Source: Ranitomeya imitator
Taxonomy: Eukaryota
Assembly (NCBI RefSeq): GCF_032444005.1
Contig: NC_091287.1
Location: forward strand, 302,560,001-302,624,000
Direction: 5' to 3'
DNA length: 64,000 nucleotides
Part shown: piece by piece, positions 48,950 through 61,489 of the stretch
Layout: each line of letters starts with the position of its first letter
Numbering within the stretch: position 1 is the first letter of the stretch
Position numbers and translations under genes: made by a program
Notes under the pieces: model-generated
What the model was told of the DNA's origin: nothing
Seen by the model: only the letters and a program-made list of their open reading frames with translations
Databases searched by the model: none

Positions 48950-49740
48950 ACATAATGTTTTGCTTTTTCGTATTGCCATACAATAATATTGATAACCGCA
49001 TGGGACAGTCTAAATTCTCCAATATCCTTGAATAATAAGTTTGTACAATATCATGAAAGATTGGTAGTACAGATGGGTATAGCCAATAAAATTGTCAGTT
49101 CTATTTTCATTTATCCTATGATTACGCAAATGTGGGATAAATTGCTTAGGGCCACAGATTATCCAGATGATCAAATTTGGGATATATTGGATATACTTAA
49201 TACTACTGTTGTTGTCCAAAACCAACTTATCATAGTCACTAATCAATATACTGTAGTACTGGACTACTTAACAGCAGCACAGGGTGGTATGTGTCAGATT
49301 ATTGGACCCGCTTTCTGTTATTATATAGATCCCAATAGTACTTAAAAGTTAAAGTTAGAGGATATTCTAAGACTCAGAGATCAATATGATAATGACAATG
49401 ACTGTAATAAGGATAGTTGGTGGGCAGATACCTTCTCCTTTCTTAATCCAGCCAATTGGTTTAAGGGATTTTGGGGCTGGATAGCTGGAATCTTGCAAAG
49501 TTTGTTATATATCGCTGCCTTTATCCTTGTCATGTATGTAATACTAAAACTTGTTCTTTGGTGTATTTCTGTATGTATTAGAAAATTCTGCATTAGGACA
49601 ACTAATGATGAAACCAAAAGCGTTGCCACCCCTGCTCTTCTCTACACCGATTTCACAAAGTTATCTGATGAAGATGTTGAAGCCAAGCGTATGGCTATCT
49701 TCAAAAGATCCACCGTCATCAATAATTGTTATTCGTAAAT
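48950..49740 (+). pseudogene. env: Truncated env (mostly TM: heptad/ISD, Cys loop, membrane anchor)
   Basis: VLDYLTAAQGGMCQIIGPAFC and hydrophobic LLYIAAFILVMYVILKLVLWC; little room for SU. Confidence 0.8.
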
Positions 49741-52315
49741 TCTAGTATACAGGGGGGACGGGTACGCCGCAACAGCTATGGCTGGTAACATGGCACCAGT
49801 CATGTGAAGACCAGTACCCCTCGAGCTTATAGCTTGGGATAGTACCTCTGATGCTGGACATTAATTAACAAAATTTATCTAGGGGGGAATGCGAAGGAAC
49901 AAATTATGAAAGATTCTCCATTTTGTGCTAGATTCTCCATTTTGTGCTTTGACTCCATTTTCTTGTTGGTCAAAGATAAATTCTGTTATTTAATTAGGTA
50001 GAAGGTTACAGCTGCCATGAAGTAATTTTATCTTGTTTTTCACAAGCCTGTTATTCAACTAGGCTATGGTTCATAATTGGTATAAAGACCTTGAGTGTTC
50101 TAACTCGAGCCGAGCCAGATAAGAGACTTGGGGGTGTATCGCTATACTAGACTGAGGCATCTGTTAATATGTTTTTTATGCCAAAAAGACATGACCATAT
50201 CCGTAGTTTCCATTTTTCCTGTATCCTCATGGGTTAAGTTTTTCCTGCATTCTTATAGGTTAAGAACTGTGAGCGTATTCTTATGCTGATTGGTTGAAGT
50301 ATAATTTCTATGACTATGAAAACTCATACACAATAAACGGGGGCCCAGAGATCTGCTCGATCCCCCATACAGAGACATGAGTCTTCGTCTGGTCATTTTC
50401 AGTTGCCGGCAATGCCCTGTATATTAATTTGGAAATCACTGAGTCAACCGTGAAGGATCAATTTAGATCCTCCCTCAACAGTCGAGATGGGAAATGATGA
50501 GGGCATGCACAAGCATTTTAGTAGGTTAACGGTAGAGGAAAGGATGGATTCTGGAGATATTTTTGAGCTGGAGGCGACAGGAGGTGGAAAGAGCTTGGAT
50601 GTGCGGTTTAAAAGACAGTGCAGAGTGAAGAGTTTCTCCGAGGCAGCAGAATTCCGATATGGGGGAAAGCGTGATGTCATTAATTGCGATAGATAGGTCA
50701 GGTAAGGAAGATCTATGAAATGGAGGAAAGATGCTGAGTTTAGATTTGTTCACATTGAGTTTGAGGAAGCAAGAGGAGAAGAAGGAGGATATGGCTGATA
50801 GACAATCTGGGATTCTGGATTGCAGAGAGGTGACGTTTGGGCCAGAGAGGTGGATCTGAGTGTCATCAGCATAAAGGTGGTACTGGAATCCATAGGACTT
50901 TATGAGTTGTCCCAGGCCAAATGTACAGATTGAGAAGAGTAGGGGTCCTAGAACCGAGCCTTGGGGAACTCCAACAAAGAGAGGGTGGAATGAGTAGGTA
51001 GTGTGGGAGTGTGAGATGCTGAATGTGCAGTTGGAAAGGTATGTAGAATCCAGGATAGGGCGAGGTCTTTGATGCCAAAGGAGGAGAGGATCTGTAGTAG
51101 GAGGCAGTGGTCAACTGTGTCAAAAGCAGAGGACAGGTCTAGAAGGAGGAGTATAGAGTAGTCTCCGTTAGCTTTGGCTGTAAGTAGGTCGCTAGTAATT
51201 TTGGTAAGGGCTATCTCAGTTGAGTGATTGGGGCGGAAACCAGATTGTATATTGTCAAAGAGCAAGGTAGATGAGAGGTAGGAGGAAAGTTCAGAGTTTG
51301 GAAGCGAATGGGGGCAGCGATTTTGGGCGATAGCTGGACATAGCAGTTGGATCAAGGGTTGGCTTTTTAAGGATAGACGTGATTGTGGCATGTTTGAAAG
51401 CAGAAGTGAAGGTGCAAGAGGTTAGATATAGGTTGAAGAGGTGGGTTAGGGATGGGATAAGAGTGGTGGTGAGGTTGGGGAGGAGGTAGGATGGGGTCGA
51501 GTGCACAGTTGGTGAGGTGCAATTTTGAGAGGAGATAATTTAGCTCCCCTTCAGTGATGTTGAATAGGGAGGTTGTGGGGTTTGGGCATTGGTCTGTTAT
51601 ACAAAGGAGTTGTGGTGGTTGAACAATGAAGATTGCGCATTTGCGTGTGGCAGCGCATAAAGAGACAAAGAAAACACAGGTATTGTGCAAACAAAATAAA
51701 AATGTTATTTAACAAAAAACAAAATCGGGTTTAGGTTTGGGTCTATCTGAGGGTGAGATGGTGTGGACCTTGAGGGTCTGGAGCTGTGAGGATTGGGTGG
51801 TAGTTGATGAGAAAGGGGTTGCAGGGGAAGGGGCAATAAAGTGCAGGATTGGATCATGAATGGGCCTGGACACATTGGGAGTAGATGACACAGTGGAATC
51901 ATGGGAATGGATAGACAAACTGGAAGGGACAGACACAAGGGAAGGTAGTGACACATTTGACAACAGAAACACATTGGGAGGTGAGGGTGAAGGTGGTGGG
52001 TCCAATTTTGGCAGGGTTTTTTGGCTCCGGGTCTTCGTCCTGGTGGGACTATGCTTTGTTTTTGTCCTTTGTTTTCTTGGCCAAGTGGAAGTGGTGGCCT
52101 CTGTAACTGTCTTCTGGCATGGTGCTGGACAGGGCAGCATCATGGATGCTGCTGGCTGCAGGGGTGCTGAATTCGCCCTCGTGGTGCATGCTGCTGTTTG
52201 CAGGGGTGATGAACTTGGCCGCGTGGTGGATGCTGCTGGCTGAAGGGGTGATGAATTTGGCAGTGTGGTGGATTCTGCCAGACTTCTGCACAACACAACT
52301 GATGGCCCCAACCCA

Positions 52316-52641
52316 TTTATAAGACAAGAAATCCCACTTATTAAGCCTGACAGGGCTCACCTGTGAAGTGAAAACCATTTCCGGTGACTACCTCTTGAAG
52401 CTCATCAAGAGAATGCCAAGAGTGTGCGAAGCAGTCATCAAAGCAAAAGGTGGCTACTTTGAAGAACCTAGAACATAAGACATATTTTCAGTTGTTTCAC
52501 ACTTTTGTGTTAAGTATATAATTCCACATGTGTTAATTCATAGCTTTGATGCCTTCAGTGTGAATTTACAATTTTCATAGTCATGAAAATACAGAAAAAT
52601 CTTTAAATGAGAAGGTGTGTCCAAACTTTTGCTCTGTACTG
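52316..52641 (+). mobile_element. Tc1 3'-end fragment
   Basis: Transposase tail (MPRVCEAVIKAKGGYF) plus TIR ending ...GTACTG|TA; the matching TIR piece is at 61192-61315. Confidence 0.8.
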
Positions 52642-52854
52642 TATATATCTTTAGATTCCATAGAGAGTTAGATAGCAGAATAGCCGATAATTCACTTGTC
52701 GGGTTCTGTAAAATCATTGCAGAACCCGAAATAATATGACACATGGTTTACACACAGTAAACCATTGCATATCCATTACATTTTTATATGTCTTTCACTC
52801 ATAATGTTAGTAGTGTGTGTGTTTGTGCAAAATTTTGGAGCTGTAGGGGTTAAA

Positions 52855-53830
52855 ATCCATTATATGCCACATGCCACGCATATATTTATGCAGACATAAT
52901 CACAGAAAAAACTTTTAGAAAAAAATTCCAGAAATTTTTTTATATGTAATCACAGAAAAACATCTTAGAGAAACATCACCAAATATTTAACACAGATCCT
53001 TGAAAAGCCCCTAGAGTACAAATGATCCCAAAAGAATACGGTGAGTTCACCAATGTCTGGAAGTTTTTTCTGTGATTATGTCTGCATAATGCGTGGCATG
53101 TGGCATATAATGGATATGAACGTTCTATATTCTATGCTATGCATAATCCTTTTATGTGCTTAATGATGTGCTGCTATATCTCTTCTTTCTATCTGTGGGC
53201 ATACCATGCTGCTGATCTGGCTGCTTCCCCATCTCACATGGTGGTGTGGCTTGTCGGCACATGGCATTAATATATTGCCATTACTTAGTGATGCTTCACT
53301 GTGGAGACGCGTCCGTGCTGCTGCTGATACCACCCCCTGCTTTGCATATGGGTGTGGCTAGGCAATGCTCGGTGCAGACCCGTGGCGACGTCATCACGCG
53401 TCTGTTGCTGTGGAGATGCGTCTATGCTGCTGTTGATGCCACCCTCCTTCTTATGGCTGAGGATGGAGGTGTGGCTAGACGGCGTATGGCAGTGACACCC
53501 AGCTAGGTCACACGCCGGCTCACAAGTAAGAGACACCTTTACATATGGACTATAAAAGACCCGCATTTTATACAAACGCATGTTAACCCCCTTTTGGATG
53601 AAGCTAAATGCGAAACACGCGTCGGGAACCAAGACTGCCTGGATAAGGTCATATACCATTTACCTATCTACTACCTTTATACTTGCTATAGTTGTCATTT
53701 GTCTGTGTGCCCCATTCTAGGGAATATGTTATTTATATATAGAATTTTTATTTGGTCTATGCATTTAGGAGCAGTGACGGCCCTCTATACTATTGCATAT
53801 ATGTAATAAATTAGATCTACTAATATCTTA
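52855..53830 (+). mobile_element. Degenerate Penelope-like pLTR with 5' foldback
   Basis: ~55-bp inverted repeat 52855-52914 / 53061-53115; eroded hammerhead motif ggatgaa-gc(taaat)gc-gaaa-cacgcg-tc at 53587-53626. Confidence 0.5.
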
Positions 53831-53859
53831 GGGGATTCCCAGATATCTGTTTTTGCACA

Positions 53860-54299
53860 GACTCTATGGCTACAGCAATACATGCCTTGTGATCTGATCA
53901 TCGCCTGTATGTAGCAGTGCCGATCAAGCTATGGCAGATATATACAAACATTCAAATCACCCCTCTTTTGCACCATTCAAAATAAAACAATAAAAAAAAT
54001 CAAACATAGACATATTTGGTATCGCTGCTTCAAAGTCACCCAATCTATCAATAAAAAAAGGATTAACCTGATTGCTAAATGGCATAGTGAGAAAAAAAAT
54101 CAAAACGCCAGAATTACTTTTTTTTGGTAGCCACTAGGGTTGAGCGACTTTTACTTTTTTAGGGTCGAGTCGGGTTTCGCGAAACCCGACTATCTCAAAA
54201 GTCGAGTCGAGTGAAATCGGCCAATTATGGCGAAAAGTCGGGGATCGACCGAAACACGAAACCCAATGCAAAGTCAATGGGAAATCTATCTTTTTTTTT

Positions 54300-54334
<35 letters not shown>

Positions 54335-54866
54335 CATCCCTGAACAGAAAAGCTGGTGTTACACATTGCAAATCGCTACAGCGCACAAGCGACAAGATGG
54401 CGATAGGCGTCCACGCCCCTAAGACCTATGTCATTACTCTGCCCACGCTCCTTCATTGGCTGAAAAAATGGCGTCAAACGCGTCATACGAAACGCGACTT
54501 TGGCGCAAAGATCGCTGACCGCATGGCCGATCCCACACTAGGATCGGGTCGGGTTTCATGAAACCCGACTTTGCCAAAAGTCGGCGACTTTTGAATTTAT
54601 CCGATCCGTTTCGCTCAAGCCTAGTAGCCACGACATTGAATTAAAATGCAATAACGGGCGATGAAAAAATCGTATCTGCACAAAAATGGTATCATTAAAA
54701 ATATGAGCTTGGTGTGCAAAAAATAAACCCACACCCAACTCATGATCACGAAAAACGGAGATGCTAGGGGTATCAAAAAATGGCGCTTTTTTAACAAAGT
54801 TGTGAATTTTTTTTCACCACTTAGATGAAAAAACCTAGACATGTTTGGTGTCTATGAACTCGTAAT
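53860..54866 (+). mobile_element. Partial third copy of the piggyBac-like MITE
   Basis: Colinear with 34560-35200; interrupted by a hAT MITE. Confidence 0.8.
54135..54623. mobile_element. hAT-type MITE (489 bp)
   Basis: Perfect 8-bp TSD GTAGCCAC; TIR TAGG(G/C)TTGAGCG. Confidence 0.92.
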
Positions 54867-54881
54867 TACCTCTAAAATTTC

Positions 54882-57800
54882 TGAAAAAAAGCTGTTTAAG
54901 TGGGCACCATCACATGATGTTGCATTAATACTTGTCTGGGATCACCACCATGCATGTAAGAAATACCACAAAAACCATTAGAGAGACAGGTACATGCATA
55001 TAGTTGTAGGATCACCACAAGAAGAAAAGATAATTTTCAAAAAATTCAAATTTTATTTAACACACCAAAAAAGACCAGACAATACACACTATTAAAACAT
55101 TTAAAACTTGTTCCACATTGAACAATAGATTAGATCCAAACCGTTTAGATATAATATATAAAGGTATATAGTTATAATACCAACAATGCCCGACTGTTAC
55201 ATATCATTAAATATAGGAGAACCCAATGCTGTACTCCCTATTGATTCAATGCACTTGGTTACAAATATACATATAAACCATTCATTGTGGACTAGAGTGG
55301 TCCATAGTGTACGCAAAAGCCACCTAAGAGACAAAGGCTCAGAGTGTGGTACACTCAGTCTTATGATAAAGAAATGCTGGCAACAAATGCCCTACTATAT
55401 ATGATGAACCCCAGCATTTTGAACACATCCATGATTTCTCATATAGAGTGCTCTGGGGCACAAGCTTACACAAATGTGCTTCCCTCTATCCTGAGGGTGA
55501 CAGACTAATAGTGCAATGCCTCACTTGCGTATTGTTAATACTTCACCCTACACCGTCTCAGAGTCCACTACCGTCCTCATGGTCCTAAGTGCAATGCTAC
55601 AGTCCGGGCAAGGTTACTGGACCCACGCGTTCCGACACACCCTGTGTCTTTCTCAAGGTGGTAATGTCCGGGATTTAGCGATTGTGTCTATTTATAAATA
55701 CCTTAGATTACATTCTTATCTCAGCTGAGGGACGCGGCTTGCGGCTGAGCAGATGAACACATCCGCTGATGACCCGGAAGTGGAGCTTGCAGGTCATATG
55801 AATTACTCCACTTACACCAAGGTCTATTCAGTTAAAGGCGCTTCACATAAGATCCCCACATCATGAAGTGCGTATGCGCAGCCACTTAGATCTTGTGTGG
55901 GCGCAAATGACGTAAATACCAACGTTAGATGCGTGCAGCACAAATTCCCCCTTTGCCATCAATGCGCGTGCGCCACTTACGCCAAGAACTATTCAGTTAG
56001 GGGCGCTTCATATAGGAACCCTACATCATGAAGTGCGCACGCGCAGCCACTTAGATCCTGTGTGGGCGCAAATGACGTAAATACTAACATCAGATGCGTG
56101 CAGAAAAATTTCCCCTTTACCATCAATGCGCGTGCGCTTCCATTGTTTGTGAGCATAGTCAGCTCTGCGTATTTGTACGGAGGAAAGGCACCATATGTGC
56201 TAATCCAGCAATATCAATGCATGAACATGATATTGGGGAATACTCCATTTCCCTATCTCTGGATCACGCTTAAGGCTAAAAGCCACCATACATGGTATTA
56301 TACTACGCCGAAGGCTACTTTCTTGGGGGCTCTTTACATAAATTTCCCCAACCACTAAAAGCGCATGCGCGGCTTTACAAGATCTTATATGGGCACAAGA
56401 ACCATAAATACTGGCGTTTAAATGCATACAGCCCAGGTTCCCGGTCCCCTGACTATGCAACGCACAGTCTCTGTTGACAAATGTAGTCTGCCCTGCATAT
56501 CCATATAGATAGTGACGCCATATATGCAGACCCACAATTACCACCACGCTTGCGCACTCCTGGTGGAAATCCTGTCCGCTATATATAGATCTAGTCATAC
56601 TTCTTTTTGCCATACTTGACATGGCATGGCATACTTCTTTTTGCCATACTTGACATTTTGCCATACTTGTACTGTACATTATACAGGCATACCAATACAA
56701 AGATGATGGTTTCTTAATTAGAGATCTTAGATGGTATTCAAATATTCTTGCAATTTATTGTAAACATGATTACCTTCTAAACCCTGATTCTCAATTTCAA
56801 ATGCAGATATGTTATACCCCAGGTTATATAGGTAATAAAGGTAAAGGTGCACATAGTTTGGATGATAATGGCCCTGATAGGAAGACATGGAAATTTTTGT
56901 ATAGGTTATAGAACATAGCCTGATAGAAAGTGCCCGTCCAATGTGGACATATGGGTGAAACCCATAGAACTTAAAGTCCATGAACAGTTCCACCGTATTT
57001 TCTTGAGTGGTCCATTGTTGTGATGCAGTAGTGGTGGTGAGTCCTTTTTCTGTTCCCACTGTTCAGTTGATTTTTTGGACTTGAGGGTGTCCATGGACCA
57101 CAATCGCATTGTAACCACACTGTTTCGAAAACAGAGAGCAACAAATAATCTGCTGCATTTTGAAAGCTTCCACCCGGCACATCTAAGAAGAGGCATCCCA
57201 AAAGGACAATTCCTCAGATTAAGGAGGAACTGTACCCGCACAGAGGATTTCCGCACGGAGTACCGTCAGTTGACCAGCCGGTTCCGTGAACGCGGATACC
57301 CAAAGAAAATCATCTCAGGAGCCTTTGAATTCTCAAGAACAAGGACTAGGGAGGAGGCCCTTCAACCCAGGGTAAGAATAGAAACAAACAAGATTAATTT
57401 GATCACAAAATTTAATAATCAATGGAATGACATCTACCATATTCTAAAAAATAACTGGGGGATCTTAAGGAGTGCGCCAAAACTAAGACCATTTATCGGA
57501 GATAGACCTCAAATGGTGGCAAGGAGGGCAAGGAATCTAAAAGACCATTTAACCAATAGCCATTTTAGACGACCCGCCACTAAAACCAAAACTGGCCACT
57601 CGATTAAGGGCTCTTTCCCTTGTGGAAGCTGTTCTATTTGTCCACGGATGATTCTAAGAGAAGGGGTGGTGGTTCACAATCTGTCTGCGCAGGTGCAGTC
57701 GAGGGCATACTTCAATTGCCGTACACGGAATCTGATTTACGCCCTGATCTGTGGATGTGATAAAATCTATGTGGGACAAACCACGCAGGAACTCCGACGC

Positions 57801-60236
57801 AGGGCCCAGCAGCATTTGTCCAGTATTGCCACTGCCAGGACAGATAGGTCCAGGGGTATGGTCATCACCTCAGTGGCAAAACATTTTTTAGAAGTACATG
57901 CTGGGTCAGGAGATTCCCTGAGGGTCATGGGTTTGGAAAAAGTTAATATTAACATCAGAGGGGGGGACCCAGTGGAGGACCTCCTTTGCCGTGAGGCAAG
58001 GTGGATCTATGAACTGGATTGCCTAGTACCGCAAGGCCTCAATGAGGAGCTGCTGTACTCAGGCTTTTATAGGAAGAAATAGTCCAGGGGAGTATTTACG
58101 TATACACATGTTTGAGTATACACGGGGGGTTCGCTACATGATATTCATGTTTCTTATTTCTCTTTTCTCTTATTTCTCTCTATGTTTTCCTCGGTTTTTT
58201 TCCCCTCTTCAGCCTAAACTACAACTGTGGCCCACAAAAGGGAACAGAAAAAGGACTCACCACCACTACTGCATCACAACAATGGACCACTCAAGAAAAT
58301 ACAGTGGAACTGTTCATGGACTTTAAGTTCTATGGGTTTCACCCATATGTCCACATTGGACGGGCACTTTCTATCAGGCTATGTTCTATAACCTATACAA
58401 AAATTTCCGTGTCTTCCTATCAGGGCCATTATCATCCAAACTATGTGCACCTTTACCTTTATTACCTATATAACCTGGGGTATAACATATCTGCATTTGA
58501 AATTGAGAATCAGGGTTTAGAAGGTAATCATGTTTACAATAAATTGCAAGAATATTTGAATACCATCTAAGATCTCTAATTAAGAAACCATTATCTTTGT
58601 ATTGGTATGCCTGTATAATGTACAGTACAAGTATGGCAAAATGTCAAGTATGGCAAAAAGAAGTATGCCATGTCAAGTATGGCAAAAAGAAGTATGACTA
58701 GATCTATAAATAGCGGACTGTGCGTTGCATAGTCAGGGGATGGGGAACCTGGGCTGTATGCATTTAAACGCCAGTATTTATGGTTCTTGTGCCCATATAA
58801 GATCTTGTAAAGCCACGCATGCGCTTTTAGTGGTTGGGGAAATTTATGTAAAGAGCCCCCAAGAAAGTAGCCTTCGGCGTAGTATAATACCATGTATGGT
58901 GGCTTTTAGCCTTAAGCGTGATCCAGAGATAGGGAAATGGAGTATTCCCCAATATCATGTTCATGCATTGATATTGCTGGATTAGCACATATGGTGCCTT
59001 TCCTCCGTACAAATACGCAGAGCTGACTATGCTCACAAACAATGGAAGCGCACGCGCATTGATGGTAAAGGGGAAATTTTTCTGCACGCATCTGATGTTA
59101 GTATTTACGTCATTTGCGCCCACACAGGATCTAAGTGGCTGCGCGTGCGCACTTCATGATGTAGGGTTCCTATATGAAGCGCCCCTAACTGAATAGTTCT
59201 TGGCGTAAGTGGCGCACGCGCATTGATGGCAAAGGGGGAATTTGTGCTGCACGCATCTAACGTTGGTATTTATGTCATTTGCGCCCACACAAGATCTAAG
59301 TGGCTGCGCATGCGCACTTCATGATGTGGGGATCTTATGTGAAGCGCCTTTAACTGAATAGACCTTGGTGTAAGTGGAGTAATTCATATGACCTGCAAGC
59401 TCCACTTCCGGGTCAGCAGCGGATGTGTTCATCTGCTCAGCCGCAAGCCGCGTCCCACAGCTGAGATAAGAATGTAATCTAAGGTATTTATAAATAGACA
59501 CAATCGCTAAATCCCGGACATTACCACCTTGAGAAAGACACAGGGTGTGTCGGAACGCATGGGTCCAGTTACCTTGCCCGGACTGTAGCATTGCACTTAG
59601 GACCATGAAGACGGTAGTGGACTCTGAGACGGTGTAGGGTGAAGTATTAACAATACGCAAGTGAGGCATTGCACTGTTAGTCTGTCACCCTCAGGATAGA
59701 GGGAAGCACATTTGTGTAAGCTTGTGCCCCAGAGCACTCTATATGAGAAATCACAGATGTGTTCAAAATGCTGGGGTTCATCATATATAGTAGGGCATTT
59801 GTTGCCAGCATTTCTTTATCATAAGACTGAGTGTACCACACTCTGAGCCTTTGTCTCTTAGGTGGCTTTTGCGTACACTATGGACCACTCTAGTCCAGTG
59901 CATTGATTCAATGCACTTGGTTACAAATATATATATATTTGTAACCAAGTGCATTGAATCAATAGGGAGTACAGCATTGGGTTCTCCTATATTTAATGAT
60001 ATGTAACAGTCGGGCATTGTTGGTATTATAACTATATACCTTTATATATTATATCTAAATGGTTTGGATCTAATCTATTGTTCAATGTGGAACAAGTTTT
60101 AAATGTTTTTAATAGTGTGTATTGTCTGGTCTTTTTTGGTGTGTTAAATAAAATTTGAATTTTTTTAAAATTATCTTTTATTCTTGTGGTGATCCTACAA
60201 CTATATGCATGTACCTGTCTCTCTAATGGTTTTTGT
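54882..60236 (+). mobile_element. Penelope-like retroelement, 5'-truncated, with a ~2-kb inverted pLTR copy
   Basis: Arms 54968-57057 / 58240-60236; 14-bp TSD ACCTCTAAAATTTC (54868-54881, 60237-60250); hammerhead-like motifs near 55625-55660 and 59525-59565. Confidence 0.88.
57075..58082 (+). CDS. PLE RT thumb plus GIY-YIG endonuclease (5'-truncated, 335 aa)
   Basis: FLDL..LFRK..NNLLHFESFHP..IPKGQFLRLRRNC; CGSCSIC; IYALICGCDKIYVGQT; RRRAQQH; KHF; EARWIYEL..PQGLN. Confidence 0.9.
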   Translation: MDLRVSMDHNRIVTTLFRKQRATNNLLHFESFHPAHLRRGIPKGQFLRLRRNCTRTEDFRTEYRQLTSRFRERGYPKKIISGAFEFSRTRTREEALQPRVRIETNKINLITKFNNQWNDIYHILKNNWGILRSAPKLRPFIGDRPQMVARRARNLKDHLTNSHFRRPATKTKTGHSIKGSFPCGSCSICPRMILREGVVVHNLSAQVQSRAYFNCRTRNLIYALICGCDKIYVGQTTQELRRRAQQHLSSIATARTDRSRGMVITSVAKHFLEVHAGSGDSLRVMGLEKVNINIRGGDPVEDLLCREARWIYELDCLVPQGLNEELLYSGFYRKK

Positions 60237-61163
60237 ACCTCTAAAATTTCCTGGTAGACGGTTGTGATGACTTTGGTCTTGATAAAACACAGTGTACCTA
60301 TACCAGCTGATGACAAAGCTCCCCAAATCATCGCTGATTGAGGAAACTTCACACTAGACCTTAAGCAGCTTGGATTGTCTCACTCTCCACTCTTATTTCA
60401 GACTCTGGGACCTTGATTTCCAAGGTCTAATGTGAAGTATCCACAATCAATGATGGTTTCGGGAGCCATGTCATGAGATGTGTAGATCCACTCTGTTTTA
60501 TCAAGACGAGAGTCAGCACAGCCGTCTACCAGGAAATTTTAGAGCACTTTATGCTTCCTTCTGCCGACAAGCTTATTTGGGAAGGAAATTTCACACTCCA
60601 GCAGGAAAATGCACCTGTCCACACTGCCAAAAGTACCAATTCCTGGTTTAAAAACAACAGTATCACTGTGCTTGATTGACCAGCAAACTCGTCTGACCTT
60701 AACCCCATAGAGAATCTATGGGGTATTGTCAAGAGGAAGATGAGAGACACCAGATCCAACAATGCAGATGAGCTGAAGGCTGCTATCAAAGCAACCTGGG
60801 TTTCAATAACACCTCAGCAGTGCCACAGACTGATCGCCTCCATGCCACGCCGCATTGATGCAGTGATTGATGCCAAAAGAGTATTGAGTGCATTTACTGA
60901 ACATACATTTCCGTAAGCCAACATTTCAGATTTTATAATCATTTTTTCAAGCTGGTTTTATAAAGTATTCTAGTTTACTGAGATAATGACTTTTGGGTTT
61001 TCATTGGCTGTAAGCCATAATCATCAACATTAACAGAAATAAACACTTAAAATAGATCACTCTGTTTGTAATGACTCTATAATAAACAAGTTTCAATTTT
61101 TGCATTGAAGAACTGAAATAAATGAACTTTTTGATGATAATCTAATTTTGTGAGATGCACCTG
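60237..61163. mobile_element. Two back-to-back Tc1 fragments (60237-60423 minus, 60424-61163 plus with 3' TIR)
   Basis: VYQEILEHFMLP, QQENAPVH, SDLNPIENLW; ends CACCTG|TA. Confidence 0.8.
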
Positions 61164-61489
61164 TATCTCTGGTCATTAAGGGGTTAATATACAGTACAGA
61201 CCAAAAGTTTGGACACACCTCTTTTAAAGATTTTTCTGTATTTTCATGACTATGAAAATTGTAAATTCACACTGAAGGCATCAAAACTATGAATTAACAC
61301 ATGTGGAATTATGTACTCCATAACTGGGCTGCAAATTTGGGGCTCTTGAGCCCGCTCTTCTATGATTGTCTGCATTGAACTACTACTCACACCAAGAATT
61401 TAGTCACAAGCTTCAACTCGACTGCAGCGGCATGTATGAAGAAGTTTATTCTCAGACTGTATTCTTCTATTATGCAAAATAATAACAGT

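Larger units (their letters stand above)
37002..50480 (+). mobile_element. Defective class I (epsilon-like) endogenous retrovirus; LTRs 37002-37592 and 49890-50480
   Basis: 591-bp TG...CA LTRs with 11 substitutions; TSD GTCA/GTCG; TGG-starting PBS at 37596 (imperfect, Trp-like); splice donor 37724; PPT AGGGGGGAA 49881-49889; pro, pol and env remnants. Confidence 0.92.
36292..51620 (-). mobile_element. L2 LINE fragment (36292-37001 plus 50481-~51620) split by the ERV
   Basis: (TAA)n 3' tail; RT motifs QSGFRPNHSTEIAL and [15 protein letters not shown] (ORF 50948..51391); sequence is contiguous across the ERV. Confidence 0.88.

Noticed and set aside
51709-52311. 200-aa Pro/Ser/Thr-rich minus-strand ORF with ~42-bp degenerate repeats
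   Set aside because: Low complexity, no recognisable domain or splice context; its origin could not be assigned.
60237-60560. Inverted duplication of a Tc1 segment as a single foldback event
   Set aside because: The two orientations are visibly diverged (roughly 20-25%), consistent with two separate old copies.
52316-61315. The two matching Tc1 TIRs (ending 52641 and starting 61192) as ends of one 9-kb composite transposon
   Set aside because: The TIRs face outward (a 3' end upstream of a 5' end), so they do not enclose the interval.
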